Source: a virus (taxonomy: Duplodnaviria > Caudoviricetes). Taken from it: DNA of 59,810 nt. Below are positions 37,538 through 45,940 of this stretch, one piece after another (position 1 is the first letter of the stretch; every line of letters begins with the position of its first letter). The notes beneath the pieces are model-generated. The model was not told the origin of the DNA. It saw nothing but the letters and a program-made list of their open reading frames with translations, and ran no database searches. The stretch covers positions 1 through 59,810 of the IMG/VR virus record IMGVR_UViG_3300035182_000400. The stretch is one strand, 5' to 3'. Both the position numbers and the translations under genes were made by a program.

Positions 37538-40500
37538 TTAATTTATTACTAGGAACTCTGTTCTGCGTTCTGTTGAACCTCTCCTTTCGCTTACAGTATT
37601 TATAGATTTACCATATTGCTCTTGATAAGTAATCTTACAATTTATTGCAACCAAAGACTTATTTTTTTCTAATCTGTCTAATTTTTCTATAACTCTCTCA
37701 TAACAATCGTTCCATACAGTCACAATCATAACAACATTGTTAGATTCTACAGAAACTCTAGCATATGGCAATTTTGATTGTTTGTATTTCAGATGTTTAA
37801 TATACATTATCCTTCCTACTATTGTAGCATCTTTAGGAAATTTCAAATCCTTATAAGACTTTTTATCGTACTCTTCAGCAGATACAAAATTCTTAACAAG
37901 ATGCTTCACTTTATTTTTCTTCTCGTATCTTTGAAGAAGAGACAAGAAGTTTATGTCTCCGAATCCTGTTAGTGCTTTCTGTTCTGTAACCCAGTACCAA
38001 TTAGAATTAGAATTAGCGTCAAGTGTCTCAGGATATGGGTCTGATTTTGTTAATTTGGAATGATTTTCTAATAACGTCTTTCTGCTTTTTTCGTCTTCCA
38101 ATGGCAATCCATATTGACCTCCTATATTATCGAATGCTCCTGAAATTATCAAAGCCTTAACAACTCTTTTGTTCACCTTGGCTTTTGGAACTCTATTCAT
38201 AAAATCTTCTAAGTCGCTGAAGTCTCCATTCTCATTGCGTTCATTCAGCATTACATTGGCTGCAACTAATCCCACATTCTTAATCTTAGTTAAAGACCAA
38301 TATATGCTATTATCGTCAGGGAAACCAACGAAAAATAAGTCAGACTTATTGACACATGGTGGCTTTATTTTTATCTCAGAACCTATTTTACGTATCTCTG
38401 AAATCCTATTCGGAACTTCTTCATCATAAGACGCAAAATTTAATGAGGCAGTCCAAAACTCTAAAGGATATTTTACTTTCAAATATTGACACCAATATCC
38501 CATTAAAGCATATGCCGCTGAGTGCGACCTATTGAAACCATAACTAGAGAATGCCATTAGCTTGTCCCAAACGGCTTCTGCGCCATCACAATCTCCGTCA
38601 ATCATTTTAGAATAATTCTCTACAAATCTCGCTCTAAACTTTCCAAGATTTTCTTTATCGAATTTCTTTATATAAGTTCTGCATTCGTCAGCTTCCACAA
38701 GAGACAATCCTCCGACAACCATGGCTTGCATTATCTGTTCTTGATACACATAAAGTCCGTGCGTATTTTCAGTTACTATCTCCATGAATGGGTCAAATAT
38801 AGCTTTCTTCTTTCCGTGTTTTATATCGGCAAAATCTTTATGAGCATTTGAATCCATTGGTCCAGGTCTGAACAAGGCGTTCATAGAAATCAAATCTTCG
38901 ATACCATCTGGTCTAACATTTTTAGAATAAGTCTTCAAACCTGATGTCCCAAATTGAAATACATCTTCGCTCCACCCATATTTAAAAAATTCCATCACAC
39001 TAGGCAAATCTATTTTTATCTTATTTAGATTGACCTTTTTTCCTCTATTTTTCTTTATTAAATCAAGTATATTTCTAAATTTGTCTAACTGAGAAATACC
39101 TAAAATATCAGCCTTCAAAAATCCTGCAGCATCAATAAATTTCCCTTCCCATTCAGATACTAATTGTCCGTCAATCTTTTTTACAGGCATCCAATCATAT
39201 ATAGTCATGGGATTTCCATTCTTATCTTCTTTCGGAACTATAAGAACAGCAGATGCGTGTATTGAAGATGTTTTAGGTTGGTTGATAGATATTCTAACTA
39301 AGTCGCAAACTTCTGTATTATTCTGAACGAATTTCTTCAGTACAGGTTTTTCACAAGCATTTTTGAATATATCACCCCAAAAACTTTTACCAATTACATC
39401 AGGTATCTCCTTTGTTGCAAAATTAGCATCTTGGAATGAAATGCCCGACACTCTGGAGAAATCTTTCAAAGCAGATTTGTTCTTCATTCTGGCATAAGTA
39501 CCTATCGAACAAACGTTATTCTGTGTGTACTTCTCTTCGATATATTTTTTAACATCTTGTCTTCTTATTCCTTCAAAATCTATGTCTATATCAGGCAGAC
39601 TATCAGCAGACTTTGCTCTCTCTCCAGATACACGTGTCTTATTCAAAAAACGCTCAAATAACAAGTTATATTGAATAGGGTCAATTTCTATAATGCCTAA
39701 TAAATAAGCAACCAAAGAACCTCCAGCAGAACCCCTACCAGGTCCAACAAGTATGTTTTGTGTTTTACACCATTCCACAACATCCCAAAGCATTAGAAAA
39801 TAATCAACAAATCCTGCTCCTACAATTACACTATTTTCTTCTTCAAGTCTTTTGTAGTAACTGATTATTTTATCTTCGTCATCATGGAATTTATCTATTA
39901 CTTTCTTTTGAAATCCTTTGTCTAATAATTCGTGATATAATGATTCCGAATCAGGATGTTCAAATTTAGGCAACTTGTGATTTCCAGTATCAATAGAATA
40001 GTCACATGATTCAGCTATGACTACGGTATTTGAAACTGACTCTAATATAACATCGAATTTTTCAGGATTTTTTGAAAAAAGAGGCAAAATTTTATCTAAT
40101 GCCTGGTCTACAGTTTTATAATATTGGTCTTTAGAAGATAGCCTTGTTTTTCTATCGACTTGGTTCAAAATTGATTTTATTTTGTAATCTGTTTTCTCTA
40201 TATAATAAGAATCATTTATCATAACAGGCTTCAAAACGTCACTGAAGTTGTCTATGTAGAATCTCATATTACTCAAATGTTGCATATCTACAGAATCATC
40301 CTCGAACTCTACAGAATCAATTTGATAATACAAATCTTTCTTGAAATACTTTTTGTATTTTTTTAAAATCTTATTGGCTGACTCAGATGTTATGTTATGA
40401 TTAAAATAACTATCTAAAGGAATCACACAAATTATTCCGTCAACAAACTCAAACAACTCGTCTTCTGGAATGAACTTGTCATATTCTACATTTATTGCTT

Positions 40501-41131
40501 TCCCTATTCTTAGAAGATTCCTCCAACCTTGTTCATTTTTTACAAATAACTTCAAATCAAACAACGAATGATGTTCGTCTGAAGAATCGAAATCATATGC
40601 AACCGATACTGTTTGTCCTAGAACTGATTTGATGCCTTTCTTCTTACAAGCTAATTGGAATGGTAGTGTGGCAGCTAATGTATTCTTATCAGACAAACCA
40701 ATGCATTTCTGATTTAAGAAAGATGCCTTAGAAATCCAATATTCTGGTTCTGCTGAGCCGTTTAATAACTCATAACCAGTATGAACTCCTAAATGAACAA
40801 AGTCTATATCCAATTCTGAAACATACACTCCGATGTTTATAAAATCTTTAAATTCAGGAACAAAGATGTCTTCATTATATTCGTCTTTCCTAATCTTCTT
40901 TTCAGAATAGTAAAACTTATCACCCCATTTAAATAGGATATATTTTATATCATCCTCAGATATTCTGTAAAATTCATCTTCAGTTAGGATGAAGGAAAAG
41001 TCACTTGATATCACTTTTCCTTCTTTTTCTTCTATGAAGACTAATTTACCAAAATCTTGTACATCTAACACGTTTTTTTCAATCGTGCACTTAATAGACT
41101 TTTGTTCAATCCAATCCTTCAATTCCTTCAT
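37538..41131 (-). CDS. dnaE: DNA polymerase III alpha subunit (family C)
   Basis: PHP VHLGVHT, GPGRGSAGGSL, FERFLN, PDIDIDF, KADILG, RPGP, YQEQIM, YGFNRSHS, C-terminal OB fold. Confidence 0.97.
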   Translation of the reverse strand: MKELKDWIEQKSIKCTIEKNVLDVQDFGKLVFIEEKEGKVISSDFSFILTEDEFYRISEDDIKYILFKWGDKFYYSEKKIRKDEYNEDIFVPEFKDFINIGVYVSELDIDFVHLGVHTGYELLNGSAEPEYWISKASFLNQKCIGLSDKNTLAATLPFQLACKKKGIKSVLGQTVSVAYDFDSSDEHHSLFDLKLFVKNEQGWRNLLRIGKAINVEYDKFIPEDELFEFVDGIICVIPLDSYFNHNITSESANKILKKYKKYFKKDLYYQIDSVEFEDDSVDMQHLSNMRFYIDNFSDVLKPVMINDSYYIEKTDYKIKSILNQVDRKTRLSSKDQYYKTVDQALDKILPLFSKNPEKFDVILESVSNTVVIAESCDYSIDTGNHKLPKFEHPDSESLYHELLDKGFQKKVIDKFHDDEDKIISYYKRLEEENSVIVGAGFVDYFLMLWDVVEWCKTQNILVGPGRGSAGGSLVAYLLGIIEIDPIQYNLLFERFLNKTRVSGERAKSADSLPDIDIDFEGIRRQDVKKYIEEKYTQNNVCSIGTYARMKNKSALKDFSRVSGISFQDANFATKEIPDVIGKSFWGDIFKNACEKPVLKKFVQNNTEVCDLVRISINQPKTSSIHASAVLIVPKEDKNGNPMTIYDWMPVKKIDGQLVSEWEGKFIDAAGFLKADILGISQLDKFRNILDLIKKNRGKKVNLNKIKIDLPSVMEFFKYGWSEDVFQFGTSGLKTYSKNVRPDGIEDLISMNALFRPGPMDSNAHKDFADIKHGKKKAIFDPFMEIVTENTHGLYVYQEQIMQAMVVGGLSLVEADECRTYIKKFDKENLGKFRARFVENYSKMIDGDCDGAEAVWDKLMAFSSYGFNRSHSAAYALMGYWCQYLKVKYPLEFWTASLNFASYDEEVPNRISEIRKIGSEIKIKPPCVNKSDLFFVGFPDDNSIYWSLTKIKNVGLVAANVMLNERNENGDFSDLEDFMNRVPKAKVNKRVVKALIISGAFDNIGGQYGLPLEDEKSRKTLLENHSKLTKSDPYPETLDANSNSNWYWVTEQKALTGFGDINFLSLLQRYEKKNKVKHLVKNFVSAEEYDKKSYKDLKFPKDATIVGRIMYIKHLKYKQSKLPYARVSVESNNVVMIVTVWNDCYERVIEKLDRLEKNKSLVAINCKITYQEQYGKSINTVSERRGSTERRTEFLVIN

Positions 41132-42321
41132 TACATTTTTCCTATTGGAGAAGTAAGGTTAACAGAAACTATTTCTTTGTCTTTTACTTTAGTCGCAAAG
41201 AAATTAACAGATAATGCTATTATATCTAACGATGGATAAAAGTTGGATAAAATAGTCAATTTGTCTATCGTCTTCCATTTGTCAGTGTCTTTTCGCTCAG
41301 TTCCTTTATAATCAACATATAACATCAATAAGTCGTAAACAAGGTGTAAATATTTAGAAAATTTACATAAAGTTTGTTCTTCTGTTTCGGTTATTCTCTT
41401 ATTGTTCTTTATTGAATCAATAATCATGCTTAGAAAATAATCTACTTCTGAAAGTCTGCCTTCAATTGATTCTGCATCGAAACACATATCCATTTTACCA
41501 GGTACGAATACGCTGTACAAATCCTCAAAATTACCATTAGTTAATTGAATCTCATCGTACATCTTCCAAGCAATCTCATTGTCGTTATAAATATGTAGAC
41601 TTTGAGAATTATGAGTTTGTGTTCCTAACTCTAATCCTAATATGTTAGACATAATCTCAGTTAAGAAACTAAACTGAAAAACGTTGGTTGGAAGTCCCCA
41701 ATGTAAATCATTACTTCTATTAGAAATAGTAGTTCTCAATTTTCCATTTCGGATTTTTATGAATACCATATCATTACAAGGTAAATCTTTTGAAGAAGTT
41801 CCTAAATCCAAGTCTGCATTCCAAATTTGCATTACTGCTCTTCGTGTTTCAGAATCTTTGTGTAAATCTTTTAACGTTTGAAGAATCTGGTCGACTCCAT
41901 TATTAGATTGCTCTACGGCATGGCCATTATTTTCTGGTGAAGTAGGTAAAGTCCTATCAAAAGAAGAAACACCATGATGTCTGAGTCTAAAACCATATGG
42001 AGCATGGAATGTCTTACCATCGTCAGAATAATTCTTCATATTAGAATTAAATATATCTAAAAATTCCACATCCTTTTCTCCTCTGAAAATCCAGATAGCT
42101 TCTGCTAATAAGAAAAATATGTTTATATCTCTGGAATTGTTCCCGACACATCTTTTGTATGGATTAGTAAGCGTAGTTTTGAAATCGATGATTTCTCTTG
42201 TGTCGCCATTTCTACTTTCTACAGAATCTCCGTTCTCTATAACATACTTGTTTATGAACGGATATGTTTCAGAGAAGCAAGATGTTACTACAGAGTCATT
42301 AATAATATTCTTCAAAGTCAT
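41131..42321 (-). CDS. thyA: Thymidylate-synthase-superfamily enzyme, probably dUMP hydroxymethylase
   Basis: SRNG, AEAIW, YSDDG...APYG, TRRA, DLPCN, NRSNDLHWGLPTN, SLHIY; the Asn implies a dUMP substrate. Confidence 0.88.
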   Translation of the reverse strand: MTLKNIINDSVVTSCFSETYPFINKYVIENGDSVESRNGDTREIIDFKTTLTNPYKRCVGNNSRDINIFFLLAEAIWIFRGEKDVEFLDIFNSNMKNYSDDGKTFHAPYGFRLRHHGVSSFDRTLPTSPENNGHAVEQSNNGVDQILQTLKDLHKDSETRRAVMQIWNADLDLGTSSKDLPCNDMVFIKIRNGKLRTTISNRSNDLHWGLPTNVFQFSFLTEIMSNILGLELGTQTHNSQSLHIYNDNEIAWKMYDEIQLTNGNFEDLYSVFVPGKMDMCFDAESIEGRLSEVDYFLSMIIDSIKNNKRITETEEQTLCKFSKYLHLVYDLLMLYVDYKGTERKDTDKWKTIDKLTILSNFYPSLDIIALSVNFFATKVKDKEIVSVNLTSPIGKM

Positions 42322-42353
42322 AATAAAGATTTTTTATTTTTAGTAACTATGCT

Positions 42354-42382
42354 AAAAAAGGCACCCTTTCGAGTGCCTTTTT
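42354..42382 (-). terminator. Intrinsic terminator
   Basis: AAAAAGGCAC...GTGCCTTTTTT with GAAA in the loop. Confidence 0.85.
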
Positions 42383-42404
42383 ATTACATATCAATTAGAT
42401 TTAA

Positions 42405-43445
42405 TTATTTCTTAGATTTTTTCTTGATAGGAGCAACAGGTGCCTCTTCTTTCTTAGATTTAATATTCTCTACTTTTTTCTTGTTTGAAGATTTCAAATC
42501 ATTTTCCATCTTCTCACGATTTTTACCTAACTTCTCATCTTTCTTAGAAAGATTTGAAACAACAGTATCAAATGCATCTTTATTTTCTTCGATACACTCA
42601 ACCAATTCGTCTAGTGAGATACCCATCACAAGCATATTACCTGACCAAGACTTCTTGATTTCAAAATCTTCTCCAAATAATTCACGAAGAACATTTTCAT
42701 CACGAACAGAAGACATATAAACTCGTCCGATAATTTCACCATCTTTAGTAACTTTAGGTGAATCAAATGACATGAATACTTTCTTGTTATTTTTTCCTAA
42801 GAATTTTACAGAAACACCTCCATTTGCAATAAAGTTGTATTCAAAGTCTTTTCCTAATGCTTTCTTTAAAGCATTGAATTTCTTCGCATCATCTTCTGAC
42901 ACCAAAGGATTCAAACGTTTAGAAACTTTCGATTCAGCTGTTTTCTTAACTTTATCTACAGTTTCCTTTTTAGCTTTCTTATCCACTGTCTTCTGAATCT
43001 TGTCATTCTTTTTCTCTACTTCGACAGACTTCTTAGCAGACTTTTTCTTTGGGGCAGGTGCCTCTTCTTCGTCTTCATCTTCATCCTCGTCTTCATCCTC
43101 GTCCTCGTCCTCGTCCTCGTCTTCATCTTCATCCTCATCCTCATCTTCCTCGACAACTTTCTTTGAAGATTTTTTCTTTGGAGCAGGCTTTTCGTCTTCA
43201 TCCTCTTCATCCTCTTCAACTTCGTCAGCTAAATCCTCTTTAGCTTGGTCGCTATCTTCGTACATAGCATCAACCATTTCGTACAAATCTTCGTAAGAGT
43301 CGTCCTCAACATCTTCGATATCATTCTCATTCAAGAATTCAATCATTTTTTCTCTTGCTTCTTCAACAGTCTTTACTCCTGTGATACCTACGTTAGAAAG
43401 TCCTTTCAATTGGTCTTTATCTAACTTTACATCTTTTTTTGCCAT
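42405..43445 (-). CDS. Highly charged protein with long poly-Asp/Glu tract and Lys-rich segments
   Basis: 346 aa, about 30-residue E/D run; flanked by its own promoter and terminator. Confidence 0.8.
   Translation of the reverse strand: MAKKDVKLDKDQLKGLSNVGITGVKTVEEAREKMIEFLNENDIEDVEDDSYEDLYEMVDAMYEDSDQAKEDLADEVEEDEEDEDEKPAPKKKSSKKVVEEDEDEDEDEDEDEDEDEDEDEDEDEDEEEAPAPKKKSAKKSVEVEKKNDKIQKTVDKKAKKETVDKVKKTAESKVSKRLNPLVSEDDAKKFNALKKALGKDFEYNFIANGGVSVKFLGKNNKKVFMSFDSPKVTKDGEIIGRVYMSSVRDENVLRELFGEDFEIKKSWSGNMLVMGISLDELVECIEENKDAFDTVVSNLSKKDEKLGKNREKMENDLKSSNKKKVENIKSKKEEAPVAPIKKKSKK
43062..43225 (-). repeat. Low-complexity 6-bp (Glu-Asp)n repeats
   Basis: (tcgtcc/tcatcc/tcatct)n on the plus strand. 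Confidence 0.85.
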
Positions 43446-43523
43446 AGCATTTACAATTTACAATTAAAATTAAACTTATTCTTTGTTTTGTTCTATTTAA
43501 CTTTGTTAAGAACAATCTTACAG

Positions 43524-43553
43524 CTAAATTAGAAACTATTTTTTATTCTACAA
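43524..43553 (-). promoter_or_regulatory. Host-type Bacteroidota promoter
   Basis: Minus strand TTG-N19-TAATTTAG with an AT-rich upstream element. Confidence 0.7.
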
Positions 43554-43583
43554 AACTTTTTTACAATTATTTTTGAAATATTT

Positions 43584-44168
43584 TCAATCATCGTAATGAC
43601 TTGTCACAAACTCTCTAACTTCTGTATTGTTTCTCGCCAAATAATCCTTTAGGACTTTCAAATTTATTTTATTAGTTGATATTGGGTCTAGTTTACTATT
43701 CTTGAAAATCTTTTCAATCTTTTCTTTATCTATTCCTTTAAGATGAAATTTCATCATCTTCTTTTCCTCACCTTTAAATAAGTCAAGAATATCGAACCCG
43801 TCAATTACAAATTCTCCTTTGCTCGCATCTAAAGATTCTTTTTGGTCCATTCCGTAATCGAAATTTATTGACGACATAGGAATAAATTCAACTCTATTTA
43901 TATGTCTCATAAAATCCTTAGATTTTTGTAGAAGAGTGCTTTTCAAATAAAATTCTATCGGAACTGGTTTGTATCCTTTCCCTTTTCTAAAATCGTTACA
44001 CTTGATTGCATACGCTTTAATAGAAGTAATTAATTTTACCCTAAACTCTTGTGCAAGGTCTTCTTTGTCCATCCCTATATTGCCACTTTTCCAAATTTTA
44101 TCAGCATAGTATTTAGCTAGATGTTCGTACTTGAAAAAATATCTGTCTGTTAAAGTCATCTTATTCAT
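43584..44168 (-). CDS. Putative sigma-factor-like protein
   Basis: KYEHLAKYYA...MDKEDLAQEFRVKLITSIKAY (region-2-like); region-4-like C-terminus. Confidence 0.55.
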   Translation of the reverse strand: MNKMTLTDRYFFKYEHLAKYYADKIWKSGNIGMDKEDLAQEFRVKLITSIKAYAIKCNDFRKGKGYKPVPIEFYLKSTLLQKSKDFMRHINRVEFIPMSSINFDYGMDQKESLDASKGEFVIDGFDILDLFKGEEKKMMKFHLKGIDKEKIEKIFKNSKLDPISTNKINLKVLKDYLARNNTEVREFVTSHYDD

Positions 44169-44425
44169 ACTTCAAATGTTTTAGCATTATCAAATAACTC
44201 AGTCAATAATTCTCTCAAATCATCAATCAACATCCAACCCACTAAATCATTATTAACATAAATATCGCCTGATACAGGACTTGTAGATTCATCACCCCAT
44301 CTATAGAAGTTAACCTTTATTTCATCACCCTCCTTAATTTGAATCGCATTACCATCGATAATGGTTTGGGTGTTTCTTTCTGACCTTCTAGTTCTGACGA
44401 ACTCAGTCGTTCCAACTTTTGACAT
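44165..44425 (-). CDS. Hypothetical early protein
   Basis: 86-aa ORF downstream of repeated promoter copy 3. Confidence 0.65.
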   Translation of the reverse strand: MSKVGTTEFVRTRRSERNTQTIIDGNAIQIKEGDEIKVNFYRWGDESTSPVSGDIYVNNDLVGWMLIDDLRELLTELFDNAKTFEV

Positions 44426-44457
44426 AATTTACAGTTTTAAAAATTTCACAATTACTA

Positions 44458-44520
44458 ATTAATTCTTAAACGAAGTTCTATAATTAATTTTAATCGGCAA
44501 AATTTTTTCCAAAATATTTT
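44458..44520 (-). promoter_or_regulatory. Repeated host-type early promoter, copy 3
   Basis: TTG(44500-44498)-N19-GAACTTCG(44478-44471); 25 bp identical to copies 1 and 2. Confidence 0.75.
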
Positions 44521-44945
44521 TAAAAAATTCTTCTTATCTGTATTAAATCTACAGTAAATTTTTCTGAATTCTTTTCTATAATAGCTGTACTATCATTAAA
44601 ATCATAACTGATTAGCTTACAACCTTGTCTGTTATAAGAGAAATCTGAACCGACAAAATAATAGAAATATTTATCACGCTTATTGAAATCAGACGGCATA
44701 TTTTCGTTTCCAAATAATGCATCTACCATTTCTCTTTTCATGATTTCATCATCGAAAATAGAAACCAACGTGTTCTTTTTAGATATATCGTCAATCTTGT
44801 CTTTTTTGAATTGTAAGACTCTTTTGAATTTTACCTTATCTTCTGCAGCAGGGTAAATCTTTGAACGCAATTCATACAATAGGAACTCCAATTGTAATCT
44901 ATTGAAATATTCAAGAATAGAAATATGTCTATCTTTTGGCTTCAT
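44520..44945 (-). CDS. Hypothetical protein
   Basis: 141-aa ORF coupled to primase. Confidence 0.65.
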   Translation of the reverse strand: MKPKDRHISILEYFNRLQLEFLLYELRSKIYPAAEDKVKFKRVLQFKKDKIDDISKKNTLVSIFDDEIMKREMVDALFGNENMPSDFNKRDKYFYYFVGSDFSYNRQGCKLISYDFNDSTAIIEKNSEKFTVDLIQIRRIF

Positions 44946-45940
44946 AACTTAATCTTTACAGCACTTCTGTTAAATTTTTCCACGGACATTAACCTATTGA
45001 ACATATCAATAACATCATCTTCATCAGAATCATTTATATCCTTGCCTATTGTATATGTCATTTCCACTAGAAAGAAATTTGACAATAAACTACCGTACTT
45101 TTTCATTTCAGGTATTGCGTCATCATCGAAAATCAAAATGACCTTCTTTAAATTCTTACTCAACAATTTTAATATCTGAAATTGACTAATCTTTTTGCCG
45201 AATGTAGCGCAGCATTTAATTTCGTCTTGCTCATCAAGACAAAGTATATTATCTAATGTAATCTTATCAATCAAGCCTTCTACTAATATGACTGTACTAG
45301 TGTTTTCATTGATTTCATCATAACCAAAAAGTAGGTTTGAAAATTTTGCACCCTTATCATTTCTGTATCTAGGTTTTTTTATTCCTGTTTCATTCTCGTA
45401 TCTTTTTATTTTTTCCTTGCTCCAATTTAATCTAGCAACGTAACCTCTAGTCAGATTATCTTCTTTTATTAGGAATATCACATAATCTTTTAAGGATGGT
45501 GTCAAATTAGAGTATCCAATATCAAACTTTTGGAAATTCGATTGTGTTAACTTCCTTTTTTCAAGATATGAGTCTTTAGAAACTCTTTTGAACCCAACAG
45601 GCTTTTTTCGTTCAGATACTGCTGTATCCAAATCTTCATCGAATTGTTTTAAATATTCATTCAGAAGAGTTATTTTTTCTCTGTCGATTGATTTGTATTC
45701 ACCTAAAAGAAATAATTTATTTACAGCAATTAATAGAGAAATTATATTGCCACTTTCTCCACATTTCTTACAATCCCACAATTGGGTGTTTCTTTTTATA
45801 TAGAAGTGTCCTGTTTTTCCGCAAATCGGACAATCTGATATATAATGGTTTTGAGAACCAAGTTTGACTTTCCCTAATACGGATTTTAAATCTTCGTCTG
45901 ATATCTTAGAGTTATTCTCCATCTTCGTCTTCAAAATCAA
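44942..45940 (-). CDS. dnaG: DNA primase (Zn finger plus TOPRIM)
   Basis: CPICG...HFY...CKKCGESGN; VILVEGLID; IFDDDA; KDIND. Confidence 0.9.
   Translation of the reverse strand: MILKTKMENNSKISDEDLKSVLGKVKLGSQNHYISDCPICGKTGHFYIKRNTQLWDCKKCGESGNIISLLIAVNKLFLLGEYKSIDREKITLLNEYLKQFDEDLDTAVSERKKPVGFKRVSKDSYLEKRKLTQSNFQKFDIGYSNLTPSLKDYVIFLIKEDNLTRGYVARLNWSKEKIKRYENETGIKKPRYRNDKGAKFSNLLFGYDEINENTSTVILVEGLIDKITLDNILCLDEQDEIKCCATFGKKISQFQILKLLSKNLKKVILIFDDDAIPEMKKYGSLLSNFFLVEMTYTIGKDINDSDEDDVIDMFNRLMSVEKFNRSAVKIKL

Noticed and set aside
30717-43296. Plus-strand ORFs such as 30717-31433, 34488-34988 and 43000-43296 (poly-Ser/Phe)
   Set aside because: They are antisense shadows of K/E/D-rich minus-strand genes, with no motifs or initiation signals.
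891-43506. TAACTTTG sites as plus-strand (antisense) Bacteroidota -7 boxes
   Set aside because: The sites checked (891, 4783, 14511) lack TTG at the 19-nt spacing, and their positions track minus-strand gene starts.
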